This document shows, in pieces, positions 30,015-40,500 of a DNA stretch of 64,000 bases. The position numbers and the translations under genes are program-made. Source of the DNA: Ostreococcus lucimarinus (taxonomy: Eukaryota). Each line of letters begins with the position of its first letter. Position 1 is the first letter of the stretch. A model generated the notes under the pieces. The model ran no database searches and was not told the origin of the DNA. It worked only from the letters and a program-made list of their open reading frames with translations. The stretch lies in NCBI GenBank assembly GCA_000092065.1, contig CP000584.1. One strand, 5' to 3'.

Positions 30015-31205
30015 TTACATCTCCATTTCCTTACCAACGTACGGCTTGGCCATGTCTTCGTCATCCTTCGGGGTGTGGATGACGACGGTGTCCGGAATCG
30101 GCGTCGACGGACCGTTGCGGCCCTTCGGATCGTGGTCGAGCATAATCTTCACGCGCATACCGATGGTACCCTGGCGAAGCAAGGCGTGGCGAGTGCACGA
30201 AACGATGTATTCGCGCACCGGGTTACCGGAAGAAATCATGTAACCGTCCTTGAACTTCATCGCCTTGGCGCGTTGGCCGCGAAGCTTACCAGAGACGACG
30301 ACCTCCGCACCCTTGGCGCCAGCCTCCATGATGTATCGAAGCACGCCGTAGCACGCACTGCGCACGCAAAAAAAATGTCAATCGTCAGTCACGCGTTCGT
30401 CTACGTCGACCACATCATCTCGCGTTCGCGTCGCGCGCGCCAAAGCCCTCTCGTTTTGCCGCGTCGTCGCGTTTGAAAACCTCTCAAAGCCCTAACACGT
30501 GCGCCCATCGCACGCGCTCGGACGCCTCGTCCGTCGCTTCTGCGTCCGCGTCGCGCGTCGACGCGGACGACTAAAATTAACGCGCGACCACTCTTTGCGA
30601 TCGATCGAAGAACACACGCACCGTCGAACGGCGAGACCGCCGAGAAGCTTGTATCGCAAAGACTCGCACTGCGCGATGGCGCACAACCCGCGGTTGTTCA
30701 CCCGTTCCGCGTACAGCTCCACCGAACCTTCCGCCATCTGGAACCTGCGCTGCACGAGCGTGGTCAACTCACGAATGCGTCGACCCTTTTCGCCGAGCAC
30801 GTTCGCCGTGCGCGTGGCGCGGATGATGATTTCCGTGCGCATTGGGGTCTGTCGGACTTCCACGCCCGAGTACCCATCCTCGGCGAGCTCGCGGACGAGC
30901 ATTTCGTTGAGCTCGGCGAAGAAGACGCCGTCGGCGACGAACTGCGAGTCGATGTCGACGAACGACGTAATGTTAGTCTTCGTTCGCGTGCGTCCGCGCT
31001 CGCGATCGACGGCGTCCGCGCGCGCGCGCGTCGACTCGCGATCGATCGATCGCGACGGTGACCCTAAGCGCGACGCCGGAGCGGCATCGCGCGTTGCGGC
31101 GCCGCGCGACGCGCGACGCGAGTCACGGCGCGCGCTCGGGCGCAACGATAGATCCGCGCGCGTTCGACGCACCTTGCGCTTCTTGCTTATAGCGGTGGCC
31201 ACCAT
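30015..31205 (-). CDS. RPS3: 40S ribosomal protein S3 (uS3), 3 exons: complement(join(31173..31205,30622..30941,30015..30357))
   Basis: Exon 1 is [11 protein letters not shown] with a GTGCGC donor. Exon 2 is [60 protein letters not shown]...[13 protein letters not shown], ending in a split Arg codon (CG|T). Exon 3 is [44 protein letters not shown]...[10 protein letters not shown]. It is collinear with eukaryotic uS3. Confidence 0.85.
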
Positions 31206-31325
31206 GGTGTCGACGTGCGAGGCGCGGAAAGACGGAGCGAGGGCGACGCGCGGGCGCGACGGGGCGGACTCGGATTTCTTGGCCCCACGGGAGTGAGATT
31301 TCTGACATCGGACGCCGCGCGCGCG

Positions 31326-33668
31326 CTACTGATGGCTCGAGGACGTCGACGCGGCGAGCTCGAGCGCAGAGATGCGCTGCGCTTGGGAGTCTAACATCGC
31401 ACGGAGGTGCTGGATGCGGTCGCGGAGCTCGTCGCACTCCTCCTCGCGCTCGCCGATGACTTCGAGCGCGGCGGCGTAACGCTTCTCCAGCGCGGCGGAG
31501 ACGCCGACGGCGGCGCCGCCGTCGGCGAGCTGCTCGCTCTTCACGAGCTCGTTCGCGAGCGAGTCGCGCGTTTGTTCTAACTTTTTGATCTGGTCGTGCG
31601 CGATGTGAAGGTCGGTGTCTCGCGCGGCGAGTTGGCTCTTGAGCGCGGCTAAAGTATCGCGCACGGCAAGACTCAAGCCGGCTTCGCCGCCGGTGAGCAT
31701 GGGTGCAGGCGCGGCTTTCGCCGAGTTTTCGCTCGCGCGATCGCCATCATATTTGCTTTGTAAAGAATCCACCTCATCGCGCGCGAGTTTCAAGTCGCTC
31801 TCCAGCTTGGCCGTAGCTGCGAGCATTTCGGCGCGTTCTCGATCCCACGTCTCGCCGAGCTGCTTATGCTTACCACGCTCTTGTGCGAGCAATTGCTTCA
31901 CCTTAGACTCGCGTTCGCGAGCCTCTTCTTCCACCACGGAGAGTCGACCCTCTTGTTCCGCGAAAGATTCACTAAATTTGGCCGATTTGACTGCCTCCGC
32001 CGAGGCTTTCGCACGCTGCACCTCGAGCTCCGCGTTCAAGGCGTCAATTTCCGCCTTAAGCTTCTCTGCTCGATTCATCGCGATTTGCGTATCCTTCATC
32101 GCCGACATCTTTTCATCTATAGCCGTCGCTTCGCGCTCTGCAGCTGCTTCTGCGCGCGATTCGGCGTCAGCCAGGCGCAAAGCCGACGCCCTCTCTGTCG
32201 CGGTCCATGCGTCGGCGTTCTCCGTCGCCTGCAGCTGCAACGCCTCAATCTGCCGAAGCAACGGACGCGTGCTTTCGGGCATTCTCCTGAGTAACTCATC
32301 GTGACTACTCTCTGCGAGCTGACAACGCTCTTCGACGGCAGCTAGATCGTTCTTGAACCTTTCCTCCTGGCGCTCCAAAGCCGCGCTCGAGCGTTGCAAC
32401 GAATGTTGCAAGTCGGCGAGTTGATCCTTCAGACTCTGCTCGCGTTCGCGCACAATCTTGAGCTCGCTCGCCAAATCCTCGCTTCGCGCCACATTAGCCT
32501 TGATCTCAACATCCGTTAGCTCTTCTTTCGCTTGCGCCAATTTCGATAAATAATACTCCTTTTGCTCGTTCAATTGCGTCGTCAGACGAGTCTTATCCGC
32601 CACGTATTCATCGCGCGCGGCTTTCAACTCCGCCGTGAGCTTGCTGATGGACGCGCCTTTGCTTTCGAGCTCCCTGCTTAGTCCTTGATGGGCCTCTTCA
32701 CGCTCTCTCAAATCTTTTCTAAGCTTTTTAATGATACCTTCCATCTCCGCCTGCTTCTTACTGAGCGCCTCGCCCTCTGCCATGACTTCGTTGATAATTT
32801 CATCCTTCTCCTTGACGAGCATGTCCGCTCCAGCGCCGGCTTCGGCTTGTTTTCTAAGAGTCTTGCACTGCTCTGTGAGCTCGCGCACTCGAGCTTCGGC
32901 ATCGGCGAGCGACTCTTCAGCCTGCGCCGCGCGCTCGGCGTATTCTTCCTGTTCGGCGTCCAACGACGCCCGTTGTTCCGCTCGCCTGGCGATTTCGTCT
33001 TCTCGCGCGGTGAGCTGCTTTCTCACCGCTTTAAGCTCCTTCAACGTCGCCTCTAAACGACTACCATCGATGTCGGGTTCGATTGTATCCTCGTCATCGC
33101 TCTCGTCCGCCTTATCAACCGCTTTTGGCGCCGCTTTCGGCGCCGCTTTCGGCGCCGCTTTCGGCGCCACTTTCGGCGCCGCTTTCGGCGCCACTTTCGG
33201 CGCCGCTTTCGGTGCCACTTTCGGCGTCGCTTTCGGCGTCGCTTTCGGCGCCGCTTTCGGCGTCGCTTTCGGCGCCGCTTTTTCTTTCACCTCGTGCGTT
33301 TTCTCCGTCGCCGGCGCGTTCCCCGCGACGGCGTCTCCCTCGTCCTTTGCGCTCGTCCCGCTCGTCCCGCTCGTCGTCCCCGTCCCCGTTCCCGTCCCCT
33401 CCTTCATCCCGAACGCCTCGTCCGCGCGCTGTTCGAGCTCTTTCGCCGCCTCGCTCGCCCGCTCCGCGATCGTCTCCGCCATCGCCCGCACGTCGACGCT
33501 GTTCAACTCTTGCAGCGCCTCGCTCGCCTTGGCGCTGATCGTCGTCGTGAGCGAATCGAAGCTCCACTCCTGCGTGTTCCACCCCTGGGCGACGTTCCCG
33601 AACGCGCTCGCGTACGACGTCGACGCGGCGTCGTCGACCGCGTCATCGCGCGTCGGTGCGTCGCCCAT
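31326..33668 (-). CDS. TMF/ARA160-like golgin (TATA element modulatory factor family), long coiled-coil
   Basis: KEKDEIINEVMAEGEALSKKQAEMEGIIKKLRKDLRE resembles the conserved TMF coiled-coil segment, and the C-terminal TMF_TATA_bd-like segment is LEKRYAAALEVIGEREEECDELRDRIQHLRAMLDSQ. The first ATG in ORF 31326..33902 is at 33668. It contains a (PKAA)n tandem repeat. Confidence 0.65.
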   Translation of the reverse strand: MGDAPTRDDAVDDAASTSYASAFGNVAQGWNTQEWSFDSLTTTISAKASEALQELNSVDVRAMAETIAERASEAAKELEQRADEAFGMKEGTGTGTGTTSGTSGTSAKDEGDAVAGNAPATEKTHEVKEKAAPKATPKAAPKATPKATPKVAPKAAPKVAPKAAPKVAPKAAPKAAPKAAPKAVDKADESDDEDTIEPDIDGSRLEATLKELKAVRKQLTAREDEIARRAEQRASLDAEQEEYAERAAQAEESLADAEARVRELTEQCKTLRKQAEAGAGADMLVKEKDEIINEVMAEGEALSKKQAEMEGIIKKLRKDLREREEAHQGLSRELESKGASISKLTAELKAARDEYVADKTRLTTQLNEQKEYYLSKLAQAKEELTDVEIKANVARSEDLASELKIVREREQSLKDQLADLQHSLQRSSAALERQEERFKNDLAAVEERCQLAESSHDELLRRMPESTRPLLRQIEALQLQATENADAWTATERASALRLADAESRAEAAAEREATAIDEKMSAMKDTQIAMNRAEKLKAEIDALNAELEVQRAKASAEAVKSAKFSESFAEQEGRLSVVEEEARERESKVKQLLAQERGKHKQLGETWDRERAEMLAATAKLESDLKLARDEVDSLQSKYDGDRASENSAKAAPAPMLTGGEAGLSLAVRDTLAALKSQLAARDTDLHIAHDQIKKLEQTRDSLANELVKSEQLADGGAAVGVSAALEKRYAAALEVIGEREEECDELRDRIQHLRAMLDSQAQRISALELAASTSSSHQ
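33126..33283. repeat. 12-bp tandem repeat (GCGCCGCTTTCG-like) x about 13 inside TMF-like CDS, encoding (PKAA/PKAT/PKVA)n on the minus strand
   Basis: It is directly visible as ggcgccgctttcggcgccgctttcggcgccactttcggc... and corresponds to KAAPKATPKAAPKATPKATPKVAPKAAPKVAPKAAPKVAPKAAPKAAPKAAPKAV in the protein. Confidence 0.9.
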
Positions 33669-33778
33669 TCGAGGCGACGCGCGCGACGAACGCGTCGCGA
33701 TGTGTCCCGAGGCGCGCGTCGTTCGTCCGCACTGACGCGCGCGCGCGAGCGCACGAGGCCGCGTCGACGCGCGCGACG

Positions 33779-34423
33779 ATGGACGCGGTCGACGGTGACG
33801 CCGCGCGCGCCGTCCGCGGCGCGCGATTGCCCGAGCGCGCGCGCGTGACGCGCGCGAACGCCGAACGGTTGGGGACGGAGCAACAGTTTTGGTGCACGAC
33901 AAAGTGTTTCGTGCGCGACGTGCTCGAGGCGCGAGAGATCGCGATCGTGGACGACGCGAGCGATGGGGGCGAAGGCGTGGACGATGGACGGGCGAGCGAG
34001 CTGTACGAGATGCGAGGACGGGCGAGCGAGGGCGAGGGGGACGGGACGAAGGCGAGCGAGACGAAGGCGAGCTTCGTCGCGCGGCGGGTCGAAGTGTGTG
34101 GATTCGTGGTGGAGAAACGACGAAGGAAGGATTCGAAGGTGATATTTACCGTGGATGATGGGTCGGGGTGCGTGGAGTGCGTGGTGTGGACGCAAGATGG
34201 TGACGCGGTGTCGGGCGAGCAGATGGAGTTGTTCGGCATCGCGAGCACGGCGGACGGAGCGGCGGCGGTGGCGCGGGACATACGGGTCGGGAGCCTGGCT
34301 CGAGTGCAAGGGCGGATACGAGACTGGAACGGGCGTCGTCAAATCAACGCGACCGCGGTGCAAGTCGATCTCGATCCGAACGAGGAATTACTCTTCTGGC
34401 TCGACGCGTCACTCGAAATCTAG
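33779..34423 (+). CDS. STN1: CST complex subunit STN1, short plant-type OB-fold protein
   Basis: VEVCGFVVEKRRRKDSKVIFTVDDGSGCVECVVWTQD ... SLARVQGRIRDWNGRRQINATAVQVDLDPNEELLFWLD aligns by eye with plant STN1 (VDDGTGCVTCVMW ... ARVRGRV...ERDPNAEILHWLE). The first ATG in ORF 33656..34423 is at 33779. Confidence 0.75.
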   Translation: MDAVDGDAARAVRGARLPERARVTRANAERLGTEQQFWCTTKCFVRDVLEAREIAIVDDASDGGEGVDDGRASELYEMRGRASEGEGDGTKASETKASFVARRVEVCGFVVEKRRRKDSKVIFTVDDGSGCVECVVWTQDGDAVSGEQMELFGIASTADGAAAVARDIRVGSLARVQGRIRDWNGRRQINATAVQVDLDPNEELLFWLDASLEI

Positions 34424-34540
34424 TTAGTAAGAGTTTGGATTTACCTTATTGCACCAAAACTGCGAGCAAAGTCTAAGTCTCTAGTGATAGGATTCTAGTA
34501 TTTTAGCTAATTGTTGTGGTGATGTAGCCCATATCAGCGA

Positions 34541-37500
34541 TTACTCTGGTTTGAGACTCTCTGGGGAGGAGCCATTGTCTTCGTCGCTGCCAGCTCTAGC
34601 CTCTGCCCTTGACCGTCTTCGGAACACTCCTTGAGCAGACGAAAGCCAGCCAGTTAAAATACTCGCCGACGCCGTGCTGAGTGTTTTTGGACGTCTCGTA
34701 TCGAATGCCAACTCCGGATCGTCCGATGACTCAAGATCGGAAGAGCTACCAGAGTCGGAAGTGAGCGCTTGGCGTTTTGGGCCTCCGGACAGCGGCGTAT
34801 TCGCGAGGCTCATTTCCTTTTCTGCGCGCGAGCGTTGCAACCATTGACTCATCACCGAAGCAGCCACGTAAGAAACTGGTTGGCGTTCTGGTGAGGCGGA
34901 ATCACTGGACAACTGAGAAGACGAATCACCGGAATCATCCGAAAGATTCGCTTTCGGTGCAGACGGAGGCACGCTTGCGCGCATCTCTCTCGCTCTCGTC
35001 AACCAGTCTCGCATGACCATCTTTGAAGTTTGACTCATGTGCTCAGTCGTGGCGTACTTGGGTTCTGTATCAGTGTCACTTTCCGACGAGAAGTCAGTCG
35101 AAGAGAACACAGCAGTATTCGTGAGCGACGATTGTCTGTTTGCACGAAGTTGCTTAACCGCAGCCAACCAACCCGTAAGGGCGGCAGAAGAAGCTTCGGA
35201 AAGATTGACAGGCGGGAACCGTTGGAGACCAGCCTCTGTCTCACTTTCAGACGTATCAGAGAGCATGCGGAGATTTACTCCGCGTCCAGATGCTCTCGAA
35301 GCGGCGTGTGTGAGCCATATTCGCATGGCTGCTTCAGCACCCACTGATAGCTTCACTTCTCCGAAGTCTTCTTCCATATCCGAGTCTGACTCTGACATCT
35401 CACCAGCCTTCATTCTACGACGCACAGCTTTTCCGAGTTTCAGCCGCCTTGCAGTACGAGGAGATAGAATTTCTTGTAACTGATCAATGACCCAGTCCCT
35501 ATTCTTTGACATGAAAAGATGGCGGAACTGATCACTCGTGAGGTCGGCCGTCGTGACATCCATCGTTTGGAGGCTGTCGCCACCGCTATCCTCAATCACG
35601 GCTGCCATTTTAGGTACGAAAATGGAAGAAAAATCCTCATCAAGAGAATCCTCGATGATGATTTCCCCAGACGTGATCGAAGAAGTGATTCGCCAGAGGC
35701 CGAAGTGATTTGCCAAGAGGAGGGCGAGACGCTTTGCCGTGTAAGATGCGCCGAGAACCATGAGAACACAAGCCCAGAAGAGGATATCTTCAAACATGTT
35801 GTAGTTTGCTCGGAGCATCATGGAGAGAGCGAGGACGAACAAGAAAGATCCCGAGCCGCCGAGCGCAAGCACAAAGTAGAACTGACTCGAGAAGCACATT
35901 TGATCAATCGCGCGAAGACCGGGGTCAATTGATTCATCGTAAACGCGTTCGAAACCTTTCCATCGCGACGTACGATTGATGAATCGATATCGAGCGTACT
36001 TCAAATACTCGTACACCTTCCAGCCATGGAACAATTCCTGAATGTTGAAAGTTATGATGTCCATGACAATCCAGAACGGAATAATCACGACAGAGAAGAG
36101 AAGATAAATCAAAAGATCCTTCTTTCTGAAACCGTACAGGTACGACAGTCTCAGCTGGTCGTTGAAATCCCAGAAAAAGAAAATGAAGAAAGGCGTCATG
36201 TAGTTAACAGCCGTGTTTACGCCGTAAGCGGCGAGGAAGCCCATTAAATCTTCGACCAACGTATCTTCTGCATCGATTTTTTCCTCTACTTCGACGTCAT
36301 CGTCGTCACCAAAGTTAAATGGTAACAAATTCATGATGTAGTTCACGACTGCGCTGATTTTGTCTGGGAGTACGAGGGCGCAGTACGCGATGAACGCATC
36401 AAGATATACGTACTCGACCATACCCATGATAGTCTCGAAAAAGAAACCAAGGGTGAAATCTGTAAAGTCATCGGCTCCGATCGTCGCAACGCCAACGGCT
36501 GAAGCAAGTACGACCGATACTGGAGCGAGTAAGAAAGCTTCTCCCAACGCGGTTTCTATCTGCATTTCCATGATTACGTGAGCGACCTTCAAGAGGAAGA
36601 AAATGGTAAAGAACTGGACACCGAACGTATCAGTAAACGAGAACTCAATCAAGAAGACATTTGTCACGTTAACTAAGATATTCATCAAAACGAAATGACT
36701 TCGTTTCCAGACTTCTGGTTTGAACATCACTTCATCGACGTAGCGCTCGTCCTCCAATTCCTTCTCTTCTTCGTCTTTCAGTTCGGCAGGGACTAAGATT
36801 TCGGCGGCGCATCCCATCATATACATACCAGCTGTCAAAAAGCAGACTGCGTATCGACCAGCGGTCGCTTTTTCTACGACAGCTGGATCGATTTCACGGC
36901 CGATATTATCAATACTGATCGGGAACTCTGTAATGATTGGGAACGCGACAAACACGGCCCGGAGTCCGAACTGCGCTGTCGCAAACGGTAACATGCCGAG
37001 CGTGACACCCATCAGAGGTGGACCAATCATTATTCGAAGATATGGTAAGAATCGGAATCTCGGTGGTTCTTTCAATAGTGTGAAGATTCTCACGACCACC
37101 CACACAGAAAAGATCAACAACACGACGAGCATTCCGATCGCAAAGAAAAGCGCCAAGTAGAACAGGAAATCAAAAGCAAAGAAATTGAGCAAATCGAACC
37201 AACCTAGCGCTGATACCGCCACGCTAAGCGTGTAAGTACCATCGTGAGCCGTAGCGGATACGTATTCGTCCATCGTCACCGTGGCCGCGATGATTCGTTT
37301 GTCTGAGTCGGTGAATTGATAGTACAAGATCTCAAATTCAACCTTCGTCGGCATCAAACCAGCCGTCAAAACGAATCCTTCGACGGGCGCAAAAATCACA
37401 GGAATATTTTCTTGCGCCGTGATATCGGCCATGTACTTCTCTTTATTTGCGGCTGGCTCCGTCTGGTCGTTCGCCAGGGCGCTTGCTTCGAAAAGAGCGT

Positions 37501-40500
37501 CTTGACTTTCAGCCTCCGCTGTCAAGTAGAACAAGGTGTCACCCTCAGCTTCGTACCAACGCTTCTTTGCTGAAGCTTCTGTGTAGGCCTCTTCATAGAA
37601 ACAATCGATGGTTAACTCGAGCTCATCTGCAACTGCTGCTTGAACTTGCGGAGAGTATTGATTGATGAAGACTGTTTCTTCTTTTGGCACCAACGTGGTC
37701 TCACCATAACTGACAAACGTGCGATCTTCGCCAAACGTGACGGGCTTGTACGGGTTTTCAGTGAGGTGCGAAAAGAAAATATGACTGTCGAATCCGCGGC
37801 AAGCAGAAAAGAAAGGCAAGTAGTCCATCGCGAACAGCGTCTGGTCAGCCGCCCACAAACCTTCATTGAGCAGATACTTTTCTTGCTCGTACACGTCTGG
37901 AAGTGAAAGAGTGATAGTTTCGTCGGTTTGGCCATCCTCGTTCACTATCACCCAATCCTCTGCTTGCGTCGACGTTAAATCAATGTGCGCTTGGCTGGGA
38001 GAATCTTCGGCTGTTAGCACGTTTTGCTGTCGCAGATATTTGAACTTCTTCCACTCCGCACCATACGTAGAGTTGTAATCGATGGCGGCACGGGCATCAA
38101 GCCTTCTACAACCAGGATCTTGGTTAATATTGGCGCACTCGAAGTAATCGGTCGACACTGATCGATACATTGTCGAGGCCACAGGAGCATTCAAGGGCGC
38201 TTGATACTCTTCGTCAATTTCGAATGGCAAAATGGCGTGCACGGAATACGTCGGCGTTGCACTTGCACGCTCTGGAAATTCGACGTCGATGCAAATACTG
38301 TTCAAGAACGACGCACGATTATCCTCTTGATATCTACCATCCAGCATTCTCAGTTCAATTCTGAAAGGCAAATCATCCAAAGCTTGAATGGATAGTTCGT
38401 GCATACCGCGTTTCCAAACGTAGTTCCCAAAAGTTGGATTCTCAACGTTGTAGCCCGTCGCAGTACCATCGCTATTTCTCGCAAACCAGAACGGCAACTC
38501 TAAAGATTCTTGAGAAGCGGGACACTTCTTTTCCTGCTCCTCACCGGCTATGACCTTCATATTCAGCCATGTTATGCCATCGCCTACATCCCATGGCGGG
38601 CATGGCACGGACTTGTATTCGCTTGCAGGGCACAAGGTGTCATCAATCACTGGATTTGTGAAAATAAGCAGCTCGTAATGTTCGCCGTACTTCAGATTTT
38701 CGTTGATTGTCCGCCAATCAAGCCTCAATTTGGCCGTATGACCTCGAGGTAGAGTGAACTTCATCAAAGGGATATTGTTCTCGTCAACGGCGGCGATGCT
38801 GTTGTCATCTGACAGAATGAATGTCGGGTTCAGGAGTTCCCAATTTTTGTTTGTGCAACTGCCCATGCCCATGTAGTCAAATGGGTCGGTGGGTCCTGTC
38901 GCGTTTGAACTAGAAGTGTTCGTCGTATCGATCTGCAATAGAGTGCGACCTGCAGCGATTTGGCTCTCTACTTCCCGAAGCCATTCAGTGTCACGACCTG
39001 TGGCGTTGATTGTTTTGTAATATGTTTTCTCAATCAAGTCAAAACTGACGGGCATGACTCTCCAGAAAGTGATCAAATCTGCAGAGCACTCGTCCAAACT
39101 TTGTGCCGACGGAGACGACGCCGTCCCTGTGGGACATCGGTTGAGCACTTGTCCAGTTCCCGTCGGACAGAAGAAGCAAGCTTGACACGGGAACTGAGTA
39201 CGCGTAGAGTAAGACGCTCCAGCGGGACAGTAGTAACCAGCGGGACATTTGTTGAAAAATTGTGTTTCCGGAGTAGTACCCGGTCCACAGAAGTATCCGT
39301 CGGGGCACTTTTGTTCGGCAATCGATGTTCGAGCGTCGCACACGTAACCCTCCGGACACAAATCCGCTTCACCTTCTGGATCGAGTTGTAAAAGAACACA
39401 CTTGGAGGCGTCGTAAGCCTCGGTGTTGTCCGCATCGCAATAAGCAGAGTACTCGTTTAACGCAGCTGTACCTTGCCCACGAGGTTTGTTATTGCTCATG
39501 CCATCAATGGCGCACACAAGTCCTGAGTTACACGGCAAACATAACGATTCTTCGGTCAAGCCAATAGATGACGACCAGGTTCCTTTCGGACACTGACGGC
39601 ACGCAATGGAGTCCCGCGCAGAGCGGAAATAACCTGCAGGACATGCGGTTGGTTTGAATGTGCCTTCGTCGACGCACTCGTAGCCTGCAGCGCATGTTAG
39701 ACACTCCTGGAACCCTTCGTAAGGCGTATAGGTGCCCGGAAGACATGTAACGGCTGCGGAGTTACCTTGTCCAGATGTGTATGAACCGCGCGGCGCTGGA
39801 ATCGGAATGTAAGTACGTTTCGGACAGTAATGACCCTCGGTACAAGGTCTCATTGGATTATATACATCCGTCGCCGATTCAGAAACCACAGTGGAATCCC
39901 CTGTAGCCCATTCGCAGAAACTTCCTTCCTTACACGGCTGCGGTTGCTTGAAAGAACCCTCCAACACGATCGAAGTTGTTACACCCTCCGTACAGAACGT
40001 CGTGGGAGGACACGGCTTTGGTCGGAAGTTGTCAACGTTCAACGCAATTGGAGATGCATCGACAATAGCTGCCACATCAATAATTGCGAGAGGATCACGG
40101 GTGACGGTATTTTCAAGGCAGTAATGTCCGGCGGGACAACGGGTACCTGCGACGGCCAGACCTTCAGTGTCGCACACGAAGCCGGGTGTGCACACTTCGG
40201 GCGCCTCACGAGCAAAACCTGGGCAAATCGTGCCTTTTGGACATTTTTGACATGAGTCTTTGCCATAATCGGAGTTGTACTCGCCGGGAAGACATGGTTT
40301 CGGTTCGGCGTTGGCGACACCTGGACAATACATTCGCTTTGGGCATCTCAACTGCTGACCAGGAGGACAGTAATGTCCTGGAGGACACGGACCTACGCCT
40401 TGCGGTGTGATAGAACCAGGTTCACAAACATAACCGGCATAGCACTGCTGTGGAGTGGTGAAATTGTATGCGATACTCGCACTCGACACAACACCGGCGG

